64,000 nucleotides of DNA, taken from positions 24,118,001 to 24,182,000 of the forward strand of contig OX442314.1 in assembly GCA_949358305.1 (NCBI GenBank), in the 5' to 3' direction. Positions 46,110 to 60,200 of this stretch are shown piece after piece. Below the pieces are notes generated by a model that searched no databases, was not told the origin of the DNA, and worked only from the letters and a program-made list of their open reading frames with translations. This DNA is from Strigamia acuminata. Its lineage: Eukaryota. Made by a program: the position numbers and the translations under genes. The stretch's first letter is position 1. Each line of letters begins with the position of its first letter.

Positions 46110-46705
46110 ATGACGAAAATAAAATTAAAAGATTTGGCTTTAGATGTCGTTATCAACTTCATTTTGCAATAACGGGTTGAAAAATTGAACGACTATCGAA
46201 CGAAAGCCACACTAAAATAAATCGACCCGCGTATAATGCGACACCCCATTTTAGGCGCCATTTTTGCTAATAAATGTTGTACGCGCGCGTATAATACGAA
46301 TTAGTAATTGTGTACCGCAACAATGCAAAATGACAAAGAAAAGATTATTTATTTAAAAGGGAATTGGTTTTGAACTTGGAAGTTGGGTTGTTGGATTGTT
46401 GCATTATTCGATTGTTGGACTGCCGGTTGGTTGTATCGTGCATTTTAAGGAAGAAACGAAGTTATACGCGTACGAAAATACGAATGTTACATTCTTTTTC
46501 TTTTTTTATTATGCGCGTATAGTGCGACCCCCCCCCCCCCTCCCCAATTAGACGGACTAATTTCGGCATAAATATTTCGCACTGTACGCGAGGGTATACG
46601 GTACTTCGACAAACTACGTTCGTGACGCTCGGATGTGTGTGAATTTATTTCCTCTAATTATCAAAACACATCGTCTGATTTAGCCGTAATCTCTGTGACC
46701 TAATA
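46110..46705 (+). pseudogene. Decayed paralog of exon 1/intron 1 of the LRR gene
   Basis: MTKIKLKDLALDVVINFILQ*RVEK aligns with MKKLKEMTLDIVIDCALKWRAEQ. 46602-46700 matches 28336-28430 with the donor changed to GTTCGT. The upstream block 28030-28180 is duplicated at 30130-30270. Confidence 0.8.
46225..46601. mobile_element. Tc1/pogo-like MITE inside the LRR pseudogene
   Basis: ACCCGCGTATAATGCGA is roughly inverse to TCGCACTGTACGCGAGGGTATACGG|TA; paralog sequence resumes on both sides. Confidence 0.6.
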
Positions 46706-47350
46706 CTTACGACATTCAAATGGACGACTTTTTTGGACAGTGAAGATCAACGCTTGGTAAATTTAGTGCAAAATTTGAATTTGACCATAAAAAAAACCAA
46801 ACATATGAAAAATGAACCGATTAAAATATTTAAAATATTTTTCCTGTGCAGAATTTGCCGCTCTTTCGAAAGGTGCCAATTATTTTTTGATCTGAACTTC
46901 AATTTTTTTTGCTAAAAAACGATCTGTCATTTGCTAAATTTTTAGTCTGGATTCAAATTTCATAGGGATACAGCATAAAAGCCAAAAAATTTATTTACTT
47001 GATAGCTGTTGTGTGCATCAGATGTATTGTTCTTTTTCTGCCTCGAGTTAACATTTTGAATTGAAATATTGCATTGTACAATTGCTGCTTGTTTTGATCG
47101 AGTAAAAATCTAAAGAATATTCGTGACCAAAGGGAGACTTCAAATTATTTTCATTAACCATAAAGAATCCACAGAGAGACATACCGGATCATCACAGATG
47201 TTTAAAAATGATCAGAAAAAGACTTCTTATTCTTTTTATTTTTGGTAAACTGATCAACTGAAATAGGGCCCCGAGATGAGTAGCTTACCTTGTTTACCGC
47301 TGACCTTACACAAGCGCAATTTTTTTAAATGCGCCTCTTACATTGTAATA

Positions 47351-47519
47351 CAGTCGAGGCTCTTTATAACGAATCGCAAGGGACCCAAAAAATCAATTCG
47401 TTATAACGAAAGTTTGTTACATATATTTTTTTTTAATATGGTATTCTGTGGCCATTTTTAAGTATTTGTTATAACGAAAATTTCGTTATTTTGCAGTTCG
47501 TTACAACGAGGTTCGACTG
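47351..47519. mobile_element. Tc1/pogo (Tigger-like) MITE
   Basis: TA|CAGTCGAG...TTCGACTG|TA with internal TATAACGAA motifs; same family as 54669-55031. Confidence 0.8.
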
Positions 47520-48229
47520 TATCACTTTTGATAAGAGACAATCGGACAATTGTTCACATAATCCAAAAGTGGGCTGTACTTGTTGCATTTTCATTTCGGA
47601 ATGTAAATTATGCTGCTTTACTCACATTCTTACGTTTTTCACTTAATAATCTATCACATTATATGTAGAAACATGTAAAATGAAGAAAACACAATGACAT
47701 GTCTGAACAAAACTGTATAATTGATGATGATTTGTAGAGTAAGAAAAACAATTCATAGGATAATGATCAAACAGGTAAAAATAAGAAATTCGGTCACCTA
47801 AAATTGTATATATACGACGACAGTAGTTTATCTTTTTTTTTTGTTAAAGATCGAGGGTTTTGTCTTAATAAATAATTATCATTAATCAATAATTATTTCT
47901 ATGGTAAAATTTGAAACAGTCTATGTATGACTAGAGAGCAGCTTATTTCTAAACAAATACTTATATTTTTTTTTCTTTTCTTTTTCTTTTTTATGGTAAA
48001 TAACACAACAAAGTTTCCCTAGTATTTATCACCTTGGTTAGTGGCACTTGAGGAGAGAAGGAAATTTTATATTTTACAAAAACTTGAAGCACAGCAAGGC
48101 AGGCGCATAGGTCGTCTATTCAGCAAGAGAATTCTTAGTACATAAGTTAATTTTTTTAAAAAAACAAAAAGTTATTAATTAAAATCCTTGAAACAAAAAA
48201 CGTCCACGCGATTTGAATATGAGTCAAAC

Positions 48230-51200
48230 TCAAGGAGATTCGTTAGACTGAGATACATCGTGACAAGATGTCTTATCAGCGTCGACTTGATTCACCAACA
48301 TAAATGTATAATTTTGCGGATCAACGATCAACACTTGATCGTTCTCCGGATCGTCCTCATCTTCCATGTTCCCTCCCTGCAATGTGTCAGTGCTACCATC
48401 TTGGTGCCGAGTCCGAGTCACATCCAGAGGAATTAATCCGATTCCGGAACCGGAACCAGTGTCCTCGGTGGAATCGGAGCTGAGCGAAGACCACAATAAC
48501 TGCCCATTAATTCGCAGACTGCTGTCGTTTTTGTTTAGACCCAGAAAACTTGATGACGTAATCGATTCAGACGATTCCTCCAAACTAACATTTTTAGCAG
48601 AGGCTTGTGATTGGTCATCAGGGCGCCAGGAGCAAGGGGAAGGCGGTAAAGCACCCCATTCTTCTTCTTCGGTGATATCTTCTATGCTGGGAAACCGGTC
48701 GAGATTATCGGGAGGGTCTTGGTCTTCGTTCACTGCTGGATATGGAGGAGGCACAACAGATTCTTCTTCTACTGGTGATGGATCCAGTTCGGAGGGAGAC
48801 AGCATGTTTATGTTGCCATCGAGAAACGTCGTGATGACAGATGGGGACATAATGCTTAAATCAGCTACTGCGACTTTGTCTTCGGGTGAAGCTTGTCGCA
48901 AGTTTATGTTTGACGAGTTGTCGGAATTGCGGCTCGCGGGTTTATACATGTTTTGAAGTTTGTTGTCGTCCATTAGTTTTGGAGACGCGGGTGGACTTCC
49001 TATCAAAATTCAAAAACAAGATTTCAGTCAACAACAATAATAGCTAATAGTTACTTATAATGGAATGCTATAGCCCAGTGATTCCCAAACATTAGACCAG
49101 GGGTTCTCAAACTTTTTACCATTGCGACCCATTTTTAAGAAAGGCGATCTTCCGCGCCCTACTTCATCATCGGAGCAAGAATTTTTTCCCATCTTCCAAA
49201 ATTCATCACATTGGAGACTTACAATAGCTACAAACCTCCATTTTTGGGAGTTTTGGCTGGTTTTTGGAGGTTTTTAGAGGATTTTGGATTGTTTTTGTAG
49301 ATTTTGAGATTTTTGATATGATTTTGAAGCTTTTGCTAGCCTGTGGTGTATTGCAACCAACTGCAGGCAGTAAGTTGGAATTGGAATTGACAAAAATTGA
49401 AAGAAAAAATTAAAAACAAATTTTGCAAACAAAGATTTTGGGCGACGAAGTGATTGAACACCAAAAACCAGCTCGCACCCCACAAGTGAGGCACGCCCCA
49501 CAGTTTGAGAAACGCTGCATTAGACAATACGTTACAAATATAATAGAAATTTCAATACTTTTAGACCCAGCATGCCACTGGCAACAGCCATAACCGCAAT
49601 ACTGCATTTAATTATTAGACTACTATTTTTTATTTGCTTTATGTGCTACTACTATGGCTTTGGTCAATTGTCCAATTGTGTACTGGAATTACTAGTTTCT
49701 AAAAATCACCTTGATTGTCCTGATTGTTTGCAACATTGTAAAAATTAAAGGTGAAATTAGCTGGCAGCGAGGACATCTTCACCACTGGCTTGTGCAGGCT
49801 GGCAACGCGGACAGTATCTACCTTACGGGCTTCCTGCTATTTAAAAATAAAGAAAGAAAAGAATTTTTTTTTAAAAAAATCGATTTATGCTTTGCTGTTG
49901 ACTATTGATCTATGTGAAGCTTACAGCTTTGGATGCCTCCTGAATGGCAGCAAGTTCTTCTTCTTCAGCAGCTAGTTCCATTTCGATCTCATCATCCATT
50001 TCTAAGTCATCATCCATTTGTTTGTGCGATTCCTCCAGATGTTTCATGAGGACAGCCACAACGACATTGACAAGAACAAACTGTGCCATCAACACAAACA
50101 CCACGAAGTACAGCGGCGTGATGATTGCGGACACACAACAATTTCGAACGCAGTCCGCTGCTGCGTCACAGTTATCTCTCAATGTGTCCTTCATTATACC
50201 ATTCCAATTGTCTCCAGTTGCTACACGAAACAAAGTGAGAAATGCCATTCCAAAATTAGCAAAATGAGCATGTTCTCCTAAACCTTGACATGGATGAAAT
50301 TCATCGCATTCTAATAAAGAGAGCAGTAGTAAATTAATATCACAACACAATGTTATTTTGTATATATAAAAAATTTACCTAATCTGCCAAACAGTTCCAC
50401 TCCTAACGCAGCAAATATAAAAAATAATAAATAGAAGAGGAGGCCCAGATTGCCAACCTGCGGTAACGCTTGCATAACAGTGTCCAGCAATGCTCTGATG
50501 CCCTTGGCCATTTTGAGTAACTTAAGAACTGAAAAATAAGAGTTTCATTTATAAATAATTTTTTAATAATAAGTTAAAAACCAAAAAAATGTACAAGCAC
50601 AAATCACACAATTTCTAATCCCCAATGCATGAGTGCATAATAGACTTTCTTGATTAAATAGAAAAAACTTTCTAATTTACCAAGATGTAATTTGTGAAGC
50701 TTCCCAATGTAGGCTGCCTCATTCAAGCAACCTTTTGTTGCTGGCAGAATGCATACAAGTATTCCTTTTATTAAAAATAATTTCCGATAATTAAAATGAC
50801 ATTTACGATGCAAAATGGGAAGTTGTTTCTGAAAGCCTAATATAAAATGCATCGTAATTATAGGGAAGTTTATAACTGCACCTGCCACGAACTATGCTTC
50901 CCAATCATACAGAGCTACCTGGGACTCCGATAGTACCACGAACCAAAACTGTGGGGCGCAATAGCAAAGTGCTTCCATATTTCTAACAATCAAACTTGTA
51001 GATACAGAAGAACTTATTCTACAGGGTGTCCTAAAAGTCTGGTTCCCTCCAAATATTTCCTGAGCAAATGCATCTAGGCCAACTTTGATGAAGCAATCGT
51101 ATAAGAAAGTTGGGTGAGAGCAATCCAATGACATCATCAAATTTGACCTTGAAGGTCATTTTCAAGGTCATTCACCTGCTAACTTTTAAACCGTTTAAGA

Positions 51201-54200
51201 TACAGCAAAATTTCCAATTACAAAGTTGTAGAGCACCATCAAATTAGTACTATACAACTTATCTTTGTTATTTTAAGTTAAAATTTTCAGAACGCGTGAT
51301 ATCGCAGTAACGCATGGCAGTTGCTGCTGACTTAATGACGGGTATTTCGCCAGCGCTCCGCACATAAAATCGAAATAAGAAGTATGGAAAACATGACATG
51401 GTCTTCAACATGAGGTTACGATGAGTAAAGGTAGACCATTTAGAAAATTTTGTTTTTTTGGGTTGGGTTGCCTTAACTTTGCCTAACCTAACCTAACCTA
51501 ACCTAACCGGCGAAAAATTCCAGATAATGTGGGTCGGGTAAAGTGTACTGCCAGCACTCCCAACAATGAAAATTCGAGTCGCCCGTAAAGTGTACTTCAG
51601 CCAAAAAATTTAATGCGCCGCGGATGAAGTGGGTTGTGATGGATTGCCTTTGTAAAAAGTGTGCCGTAATGTTAAAAAGTTTGAGAACCCCTGCCTTAGG
51701 AACTTTAACTCGACCCAGTATATTTAACAAATTCTCTGACTTCTTTTGACATTTTTTTTAGAAATGCTTACCTCTAGCTATTCTTAAAACCCGCATTACC
51801 CGTATGATGGTAGGGTTAATGGGAATCACTTCGGATTCCATTTCTTCCAAGACGATTCCGACCACTGACAAAATGACTATGGCTACGTCTAATTGATTCC
51901 ATCTAATAAAGAGAAAACCAATTTAAAAATTTGAAAATAACACACTAAAACATAAACAAAAATACAATTAAACGCATTAGCAAACAAACACAAATGCAAA
52001 AAAGGTTGGGAAAGACAGAAAGAGATAAAAGAAGATGAAATCAAGTGGAAAGTGAATATGAATTACCCTCTGACGTTACCAATGAGACAGCAGAGAAGAA
52101 ATGGACAAAGATCAATGAAAAGGTTACAAGTGGAGGCACACATACACTGCATCAAAGAACTTGGTAATTGCACTGGTATAAAGAACGAAAGACTTGCCTG
52201 TCTTTGAGATACAATTTGAAACCTAAGGCCACCACTTTCATTGCGGCCTCTAAGATGAAGACGGCGGTGAAGAAATAATTGAAGATTTTTAAAGTGTAGA
52301 CTAATTCCTAAAAAAAAAAATAAAAACCAACCCTAATATGAAACAATTTTATTCCAAAAATAAAAAAAGTAAACATTTTTGCACTAATCCTGCATGCATG
52401 TATTAATCGACACTCTCGCTACATCCTCTTCACTTCGCTAATAATAGTAACCGAACACAAACTGCATTAATTCGTCGAATTTTCTAATTAAACTGGATTA
52501 TTTAGTCGTTTTACCACCAAAAGTTTTCATTCGGGACCATTTTTCGTGCTGGTGAACCCAAATTGCATGATTAACATCAGCGCACGAATTAATGATCATA
52601 TAAAACCCATAAAATGCTGCAATTTGTATTTTACTTCATATTAGGACGTAAAATTTGAAAAAATATGCAATAACAGAACTTTTTATTAATATTAATTTAA
52701 TATTGATTAAAAGTGTTTTGCTACCAGATGCTGCCCACACTTGTTATGAATATTTTTGTCAAACTGAATCACTAATCTCGGGTCTTACTCCAGGCATCAT
52801 ATAAAATTCCATGGCCATCGTGACAACGTTGAGGCCGATGACGGCGGCGATGGCCAAGTCGAAATATTTGCTCGTAACAGTGTTGTGGATAAAAAGGCGG
52901 GGTCGTGAGTATTTGGCGTAGTACGGAGGTTCGCGCATTCCTAGAAAAAAAATAATTTTTAATTTTAATTTCAATTTATTTTTAATTATTTAAAATTTTT
53001 TTTAGGGACGAAAAACTTACGTCGACGTTTCTTTTCGAGTTTTCTGGCTCTTTTCTCAGCTCGTCTGGCCTTTTCTTCTTTTTCTTGTTCTTCACGACAT
53101 CGGTGGAAGTTTTCAACAACCACACCAACAAACATGTTTAAAACGAAAAAGCCCACAAGCAGTAGGAAAGAAATGAAATACAGCAGTCGCCATTCGCTGT
53201 AATTCTCTATCGGCTAAAAATAAGAAATATCAAAATTAAATTAACCAAACACTTTTAATAGATAAATTCCCACCTGTTGGTCCACTCCAACAGCGTCCAA
53301 TCCTTGATACATAATATCGACCCAACCGTCTTTAGAAGACAAAACGAAAAGCGCCATTAACGCCTAAATTAAACAAAAAAAATTATTAATTTATTTTTAT
53401 TTTAATATTTTTGTCATTTATTTACCTGTCCTAAATCGTCAAAATTGTATCGTCTATTTAACCATTCGTTTCGCGAATCAGCTTCGCAATCGGTTCGATT
53501 TTTAATTCCCTTCATTTCAGGGCCTTCGCAGTAATAAAAAGTTCCTTTAAACAGCTAGATTAAAGAGGAGATTTCATTAAAATTAATAAAAATTATAAAA
53601 ATAAATAAATAAAATAAATAAATAAATGAATAACAAAAAATTATATATTTTAATTTTTATACTTGAACTCCTAGAATGCCAAAAATGATGAAAAAAGTAC
53701 AACAGATGAGAACAATGTTACCAATGGGTCGTAAGGAGGACAAAAGAGTTTGCACAACTAATTTCAATCCAGGTGCACGGTTTATCACCCTTAAATAAAA
53801 AATAAAAGAAAGAAAATAATATCAATACAAATAAACAGTAATAACTTGGGTGAAATGTTCTGTAAAGAGCTAAAGAAGTTGATGTTATGAGTTGCATTCA
53901 AAAATAGAAACCATTCAGTTCTTCCGTGTTTAGTTTCTCGACAAAAGATGAGCAAAACAGAAAACAAAAGCCAAACGAGTGACTTCGTGATACCCGCCGT
54001 CTTTAACTAAGTTTTCTGCTGTTCCCTAGGGTCCATCAAAACGATCGTTACATGACCTAACACCCGCCTTGGGGTCACGACCGAAGGAAGTCGAGCACAA
54101 TTAATCAATCAATATGAGAAAAGCGTGTTGTAGTGTAGTGAACTGCGTTTTATATCTGTGTTTTACTACATTTTTATTGTGCTTAAAATACTCCACAACA

Positions 54201-57200
54201 CATTCAAGCCGTGTTCATGTAGTTTATTGCTTTGTGATAAGAATGACTCCTACTTTAGAGAGCGAAGAAGCAACATCAGGTAAAGATAAACGTGTAACCT
54301 CGCCCTTGTGGGGCCAGCCCGGAGCCCAAAACAAAAAGCAGAAAAATAAAACATGGATTTTGTTTGTTCTGCTTTGCAGGAAAGAAAACTTTTGAAGAAA
54401 ATTATTCAGGTCTGAATTAAGGCTTCGGCGGGCCCGGAGCACTTCCGACAGGAGAGTCCATAAATCAGGAGCGGGTTAAAAGGTTCTCGCAGTTATCAAT
54501 GGTCAGGGCCCAAGAGGCTACAGGGCCCCTTAATTCAAAAACAAAATTTTTTGCTCAAAAAAAGTTTAAAAAAATAAAAATGTCTGGATTCTTTATTTGA
54601 ATTAGGGCCTCAGAAATGGATGCCGAGAAGGGCCCCCACAACATACCGTATATCCGTTTCTATCTATAAAGTCGAGACTTGTTATAACGAATCGTAAGGG
54701 ACCAAAAAAATTGGTTTGTCATAATGAAAGTTTGTTATACAGTCTAAACTCTTTATAACGAATCGCAATATAACGAATTATCGATATAACGAATACCTAA
54801 AAATGGCCGGTTTGGTTGGCTGGTCATACAACACCATGTTAAAAAATTTCGATATAACGAATTATCGTTATAACGAATCGATTTTTCGGGTCTCTTGCGT
54901 TATAAAGAGTTTCGACTGTATACAGATTTTATAATATGTTCTGTAGCAAAACAACTGCCCAAGCCATTTTTAACGATTCGTTATTACAAAAAATTCGTTA
55001 TATCGCGGTTTGTTATAACGAGGTTCTACTGTATATATGGATTTTAAGAAATGACATCTTCACAACGTTTGCAAGTTAAATTATGCATGTGCAAGCATTT
55101 TTATATAAAATAAATCCAAATAAGATGCATTTTCCAATAAAAAAAAAACGCAATTTCTGATGAAAAAACGCAATTTCCGATGAAAAACGCATTTTCTGAT
55201 GAAAAAACGCATTTTCCGATGAAAAAACGCATTTTCCGATGAAACAACGATTTTCCAATGAAAAAACGCATTTTTCCGGTGAAAAAGGCTTTTTCCAGTG
55301 TAGAAATGTAGTTTAGACAAAAATGCACTTTGAGCAAAATACATGCATTTTAATCTGAAAAAGCGAAGTTTGTGTTTAGAATAGGGAGACGCGGTCAATT
55401 GCCCCAATAGCCCTCAATCCATCCATATATTTGTATATGTATAATAAAATAAGAGTTAGCATATCTGTTGGGGTTTTATGCATACCTGAGGGGTCGAAGG
55501 GAGCGGAGAAGTCGAAAAACTCGAAGAATACCAAAAATACGTGAACTAGAAGCGGAAAAGAAATTCATGATGACGTCGACGAGTGAAATAATAACTAATG
55601 TGCCATCCATCACATTCCAGCCGCTGCGAAAATAAGTGTGTTTTCCATACCACAGTCCGGAACCGACTACCTGTCATGACAACACGAAATGGCATAGATA
55701 AAATAGTTTATTTATTTTTCTTTACACCTACCTTGACCAACATTTCCAATGCAAAAACAACAGTGAATATGTAGTTGGTGATTGTTAGAAACAGTCGTTC
55801 TTTGCTGCTAGGTGGTATATTGGGTCGTTCCATGGCCAGAGTGACGCAATTCAAACCAATAAAGGCTAGAGTGCCGTAATCAAACCACTTTTGTTCCATT
55901 AAATTTGTGCACATTTTCCGAAATCTGTAAACAATAGTTAGGTAAATAAAAAACATCTCAATTAAATAATAATAAAATGATTTCAGTAACATTAATGGCG
56001 CCGTAACCCACATGATTAAAAAATACATTGAAATTATATTGCAATATATTTTGAAATGCATTTCCAAAATTATTATTTATCAAATAAAAATAAATTTTCA
56101 AAATATTTTTTTTTCAATTGTATTACAAAATGCATTATTTAATGTATAAATAATATACTTGATTCTGGAATGCATTAAGTGAAAAGTAATGTACTGTAAA
56201 ATATACTTTTGAACTTAAAGGTATTCGAAACTACAAAGAATTCATCAAAACCATCGGTCTTTTGATCAAACGATCATCTTCAGTAGTCAAACGATAAACA
56301 ATAGTTGGATTTTATTGCGCCGAGAAAATGCGAAATATTTTTGTGAACGAAAGATAAAAATAAACAAATGTGATGCGAAGAGTAAACAGTCTGAATGAAG
56401 ACGAGTTTAAAACTGTTAAGCAATAAAATAAAGATAAACAATAAACAAATCATTACCACTTATGTAATGCTGGAATTTTATATTATTAAATAATAATAAT
56501 AATTTTTTACGGAGTAATTTTTACATCCTTGTTAAGATATTTTAAATCTCGTAACTGCATCCATCTTGCTTTGTTCAATTTAATAAGAAAAGTGATTGAA
56601 TTTGAAATGAATTTTGTATGTATCAAAAGAAGTTTTTTTTGCTTATTAAATCCATAAATTTGTCAGGGATCAATTTAATATTTCATAGTGTTTTCTGTCT
56701 CGGCAGAAATGTATTTTTTTTGCTTGTATTTAATGAACCGATGTTTTTCTTTGTGTTCCCAAACATGAAAGCTAATGCATTCAGTAGCAAATTGATTACA
56801 GCAACAGAGGAAGAAAAAAATTCTCTTACAAGATGATTTTAAGCTGAAAAAGAGTTTAAGCCGTCTAATTTAAATTTCTTAATAATTAACAATGAACGAA
56901 ACACGTACTGTACGTTAATCCTATTAAGATTGAATCATTCATTATCGGCTTAATGCGTGTTTAAACGCACCCAAATGAACCATTTTCATTACTAAGAAAT
57001 TTTATGAGGCTTAGAAGTCACACAACTCATAAAAATCTACAATTATCAGACAATGTTCAAATAAAACATTCATCTAACAATCAACAAATATAAAAATGTA
57101 ATTATAGAGAGCGATGGCACTTTCGTAGTCTCCTTGTTAGTTTTTATGAGTTTGTTTGCCTATGAATCCAATACTCAATGCCGATGACGTTTTTATATAT

Positions 57201-60200
57201 TAGTGATAAAAAAAGTTAGCAATTGTCATATAGGTTTACCAATATCGAAAGAAAGTACTGTAAAAAAGAATTTATAGCATTTCGATTTTTGCACCCCCGC
57301 CCTTCACTGTCTCTTAAATGATTGTAGAGTTCAGTAACTCTCGTCAAAGTAAGCTTGGCGTGCACGGCCCTGTGCCTTTTGCTGCAACATTAGCAATTGA
57401 GTTGAACGTTCTTAGAATAGTAGCATACCTTGGTGGTTTTAATTCTAAAAATATAAATATATTTTTAGTTTCTAAATGTTGTGAAGAAGTGCACAGAAAA
57501 CTATTTTTTCTGTTTTTCAATACACTTTGTGTGTAATTATGTTTTTAAAGTTTGTTGCAACATTCAAATTCAAACCATTCCTTAAAGCGTTGTAAAATTT
57601 TTCCTTGTTTGTTGTAATATGTGCTTTCCTGCTCACAATTTGTCAACCTGTTGCGTTGTTAAAGATTTATGTGGTGGGAATTTCATATTTATTTGACCTA
57701 GTGTGTGTCTAAAAAAGTATTAAGTGTCTTCTATTTTGTTGGTGACAGTTGAAGACAACTGCAGAACGTCAACAGATGTTGAGACGTGTAATGGCCGTTG
57801 TACAGTTCCTTTTTAACCTTTTTGCACTACACGTTATTACGTCATTTCCTTCACTCACTGTCATTTCCGTTTCACTTCAAAAGGAAACGAGACCCAAACT
57901 CACAATAGTGAAATCCCAACACCACCAGAATACAACCCACACTTGCAAAACGATCAAAAGCCTCTTGCAACAAAGAAGTCCCATGACACAACCCCAACCT
58001 AATTCAAACACCCAAACCACAAAACACCAAAACACCCACCGACAAGGCCAAACCACAAATCAACACTTAAGTTAAGTGCATTTGAAAAGTCATTTGCACT
58101 AAACGACCAGTGCAACTGGTTGTGTAAATGTCAAGTTAAACGATCCAATTATCGAGTTTAAAATAAATTACTGTGTAAATGTCAGTGTAAATTCAAGTGT
58201 AAATAAATTAGCCCAAATAATAACTTCTACAAAATTGTTCTTACGATCGAGATCGTTGCGACCGATTTAACAAAAATCCAAGATGGCTCCCAGCAAGACC
58301 CAATTTGAACGAGAAAACTTGTTAAATGGAGATTTAAACTTGGCATGCAGGTCGTTTCCGTTTAACCAGTTTACACGACAGTTATACAAATTAATTTGTT
58401 TAAATGCCGTGAGACATTTACACATTTACACTCGTTTTGATGACTTTTCGCACCTACTACATACAACTAGGAACTTTCCACTAAACAAATACGAAACTTA
58501 CTTGTTTTCAGGTTCAAATATATACAATGAATAAGATGATCTGTTGATAAGGCACTCAGATGGTTCGAAAAACCAACAAATCTAAAAAAAAAATAAAAAA
58601 ATAAAAAACACAAAAACATTAAAACAAAATAAATATATAAACTTTATCTTTATTTTTTTTAAAAGAAAAACCAAAGCTATTAACCGTAGGTCCATCTTCA
58701 GCATCGAGGCCCGTTTTGACAGCAGGTAAATCCACTATCAAATTGTTGGCTTTATAATCGTCCTTAAATGAACTCGCAATTGAGAAGTGCCGACTCGAAT
58801 GATGGTCGTATATAGAGTTGCGTGGACTTTGTGTCTTGACAAACCCACCCCCTGCTTGCAACGTGTGGGAACTGGGACTGCAAGGAGGAGCATTGCCCCA
58901 ATGAGCAGAAGCGGATGAATGACTTCGAATCGAGTTTTGGGGACTAAGAGTACAAGTGGGACTTCCTATAGGATTCTGTTGAGTTAGAATGTTTCGGCGG
59001 TTGTAAAGCGTAGGTGGGGCACCGTTGCATTGACTTCGATCCAAAAGTTGACTAGAAAAACATAAAAAATGTACACTTTATTAATTATACTCAACAAATG
59101 TGCGCTTACTTTGGTGTTTGTCGATTATTAAGTGCGTTATTGAGCATCATATCATCATTGAGTTCAGGTTGTGAGTCCTGGTCGGAATCGACCAGGTTTT
59201 CGCGTTCACTTCCCTTTTTTCTGCTTCGTCTTCGCCAAGAACATGAACTTGTTTTGCTGCCTTTTCGATTTAACCAAGGCGATGTACCCGTACTGCTATT
59301 GCTCCCTTTACGTTGCAATCTATAAAAGAAGATGGAAATACAACAAAAGAATCCTCCAGATGTCGAAAAGGATAGAAAAATTCGAACAACGGTTTGCTTC
59401 AGCAGCGGATTAGAGTTGGGAGACTTAGGCTCGTATCCAGGGGGGGTTGCTGAGTGGCTGCAGCTTCCCCCCCCCCTCTCCTTCTCAGAAAATTTTATAT
59501 TCTTGAAATTTTTTAGTTTTCTATTATTTCTTAATGCTGTGTTCAGCATTTTATCAAACCAAAAAAATTGGCATGAAACTCAAGTTGTTGGATTTACATC
59601 CATAACTTGTCGGCAACTTACCGCAACAACTACTCAAGTAGCACGAATGGTAGAATTTCTATTGCATCATTTCACGTTAGTTTATGTTATTTGAATGTTA
59701 TTTTAACCACTTTTGAGCTTTCACAATTTTCAGACTTTTATAAATTACAAATTTGTCTTTTTTCTCTATGTAACCTAGATTACAAATTATAGACAACAGT
59801 TCGCGCCCAGTATCTTGACGCTAAATTCAAACTGTGCAACCCATTCCACGCAGATGCTTCCCTAATTTCAGTTGTTTTCGCAGTATTATGCCAAATATTA
59901 TGCCTAACACTGATGAGATAAAGTGAATAAACACCAATAAACCCAATTTTAAAAAATAATTAACTTATAATAACGTAGAGTCACTCGGTGATCTTCTGCG
60001 AAATAAACTCGACAGTAACCAAGTTAAAAGCAGAATGACATGGCAGTTTGATTTTGGCATCAACACAACAGGCGCAAACTGCAGAATGCTCCTTTATTTA
60101 ATATTAGATTAAATTATGATTATAACGAACTCTACAGACTTTATTTTACTAATTGGATTTTGCTTTGTTGCGGATGCTTAGATAGTGCTTAGATGCCCCA

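Noticed and set aside
51482..51508. Telomere or chromosome fusion site
   Set aside because: Only five units inside intronic transposon-like DNA; used only as a weak hint of arthropod origin.
58070..58460. Degenerate inverted-repeat element in a Cav3 intron
   Set aside because: Only short imperfect arms (GAAAAGTCAT/ATGACTTTTC); no TSD or boundaries could be defined.
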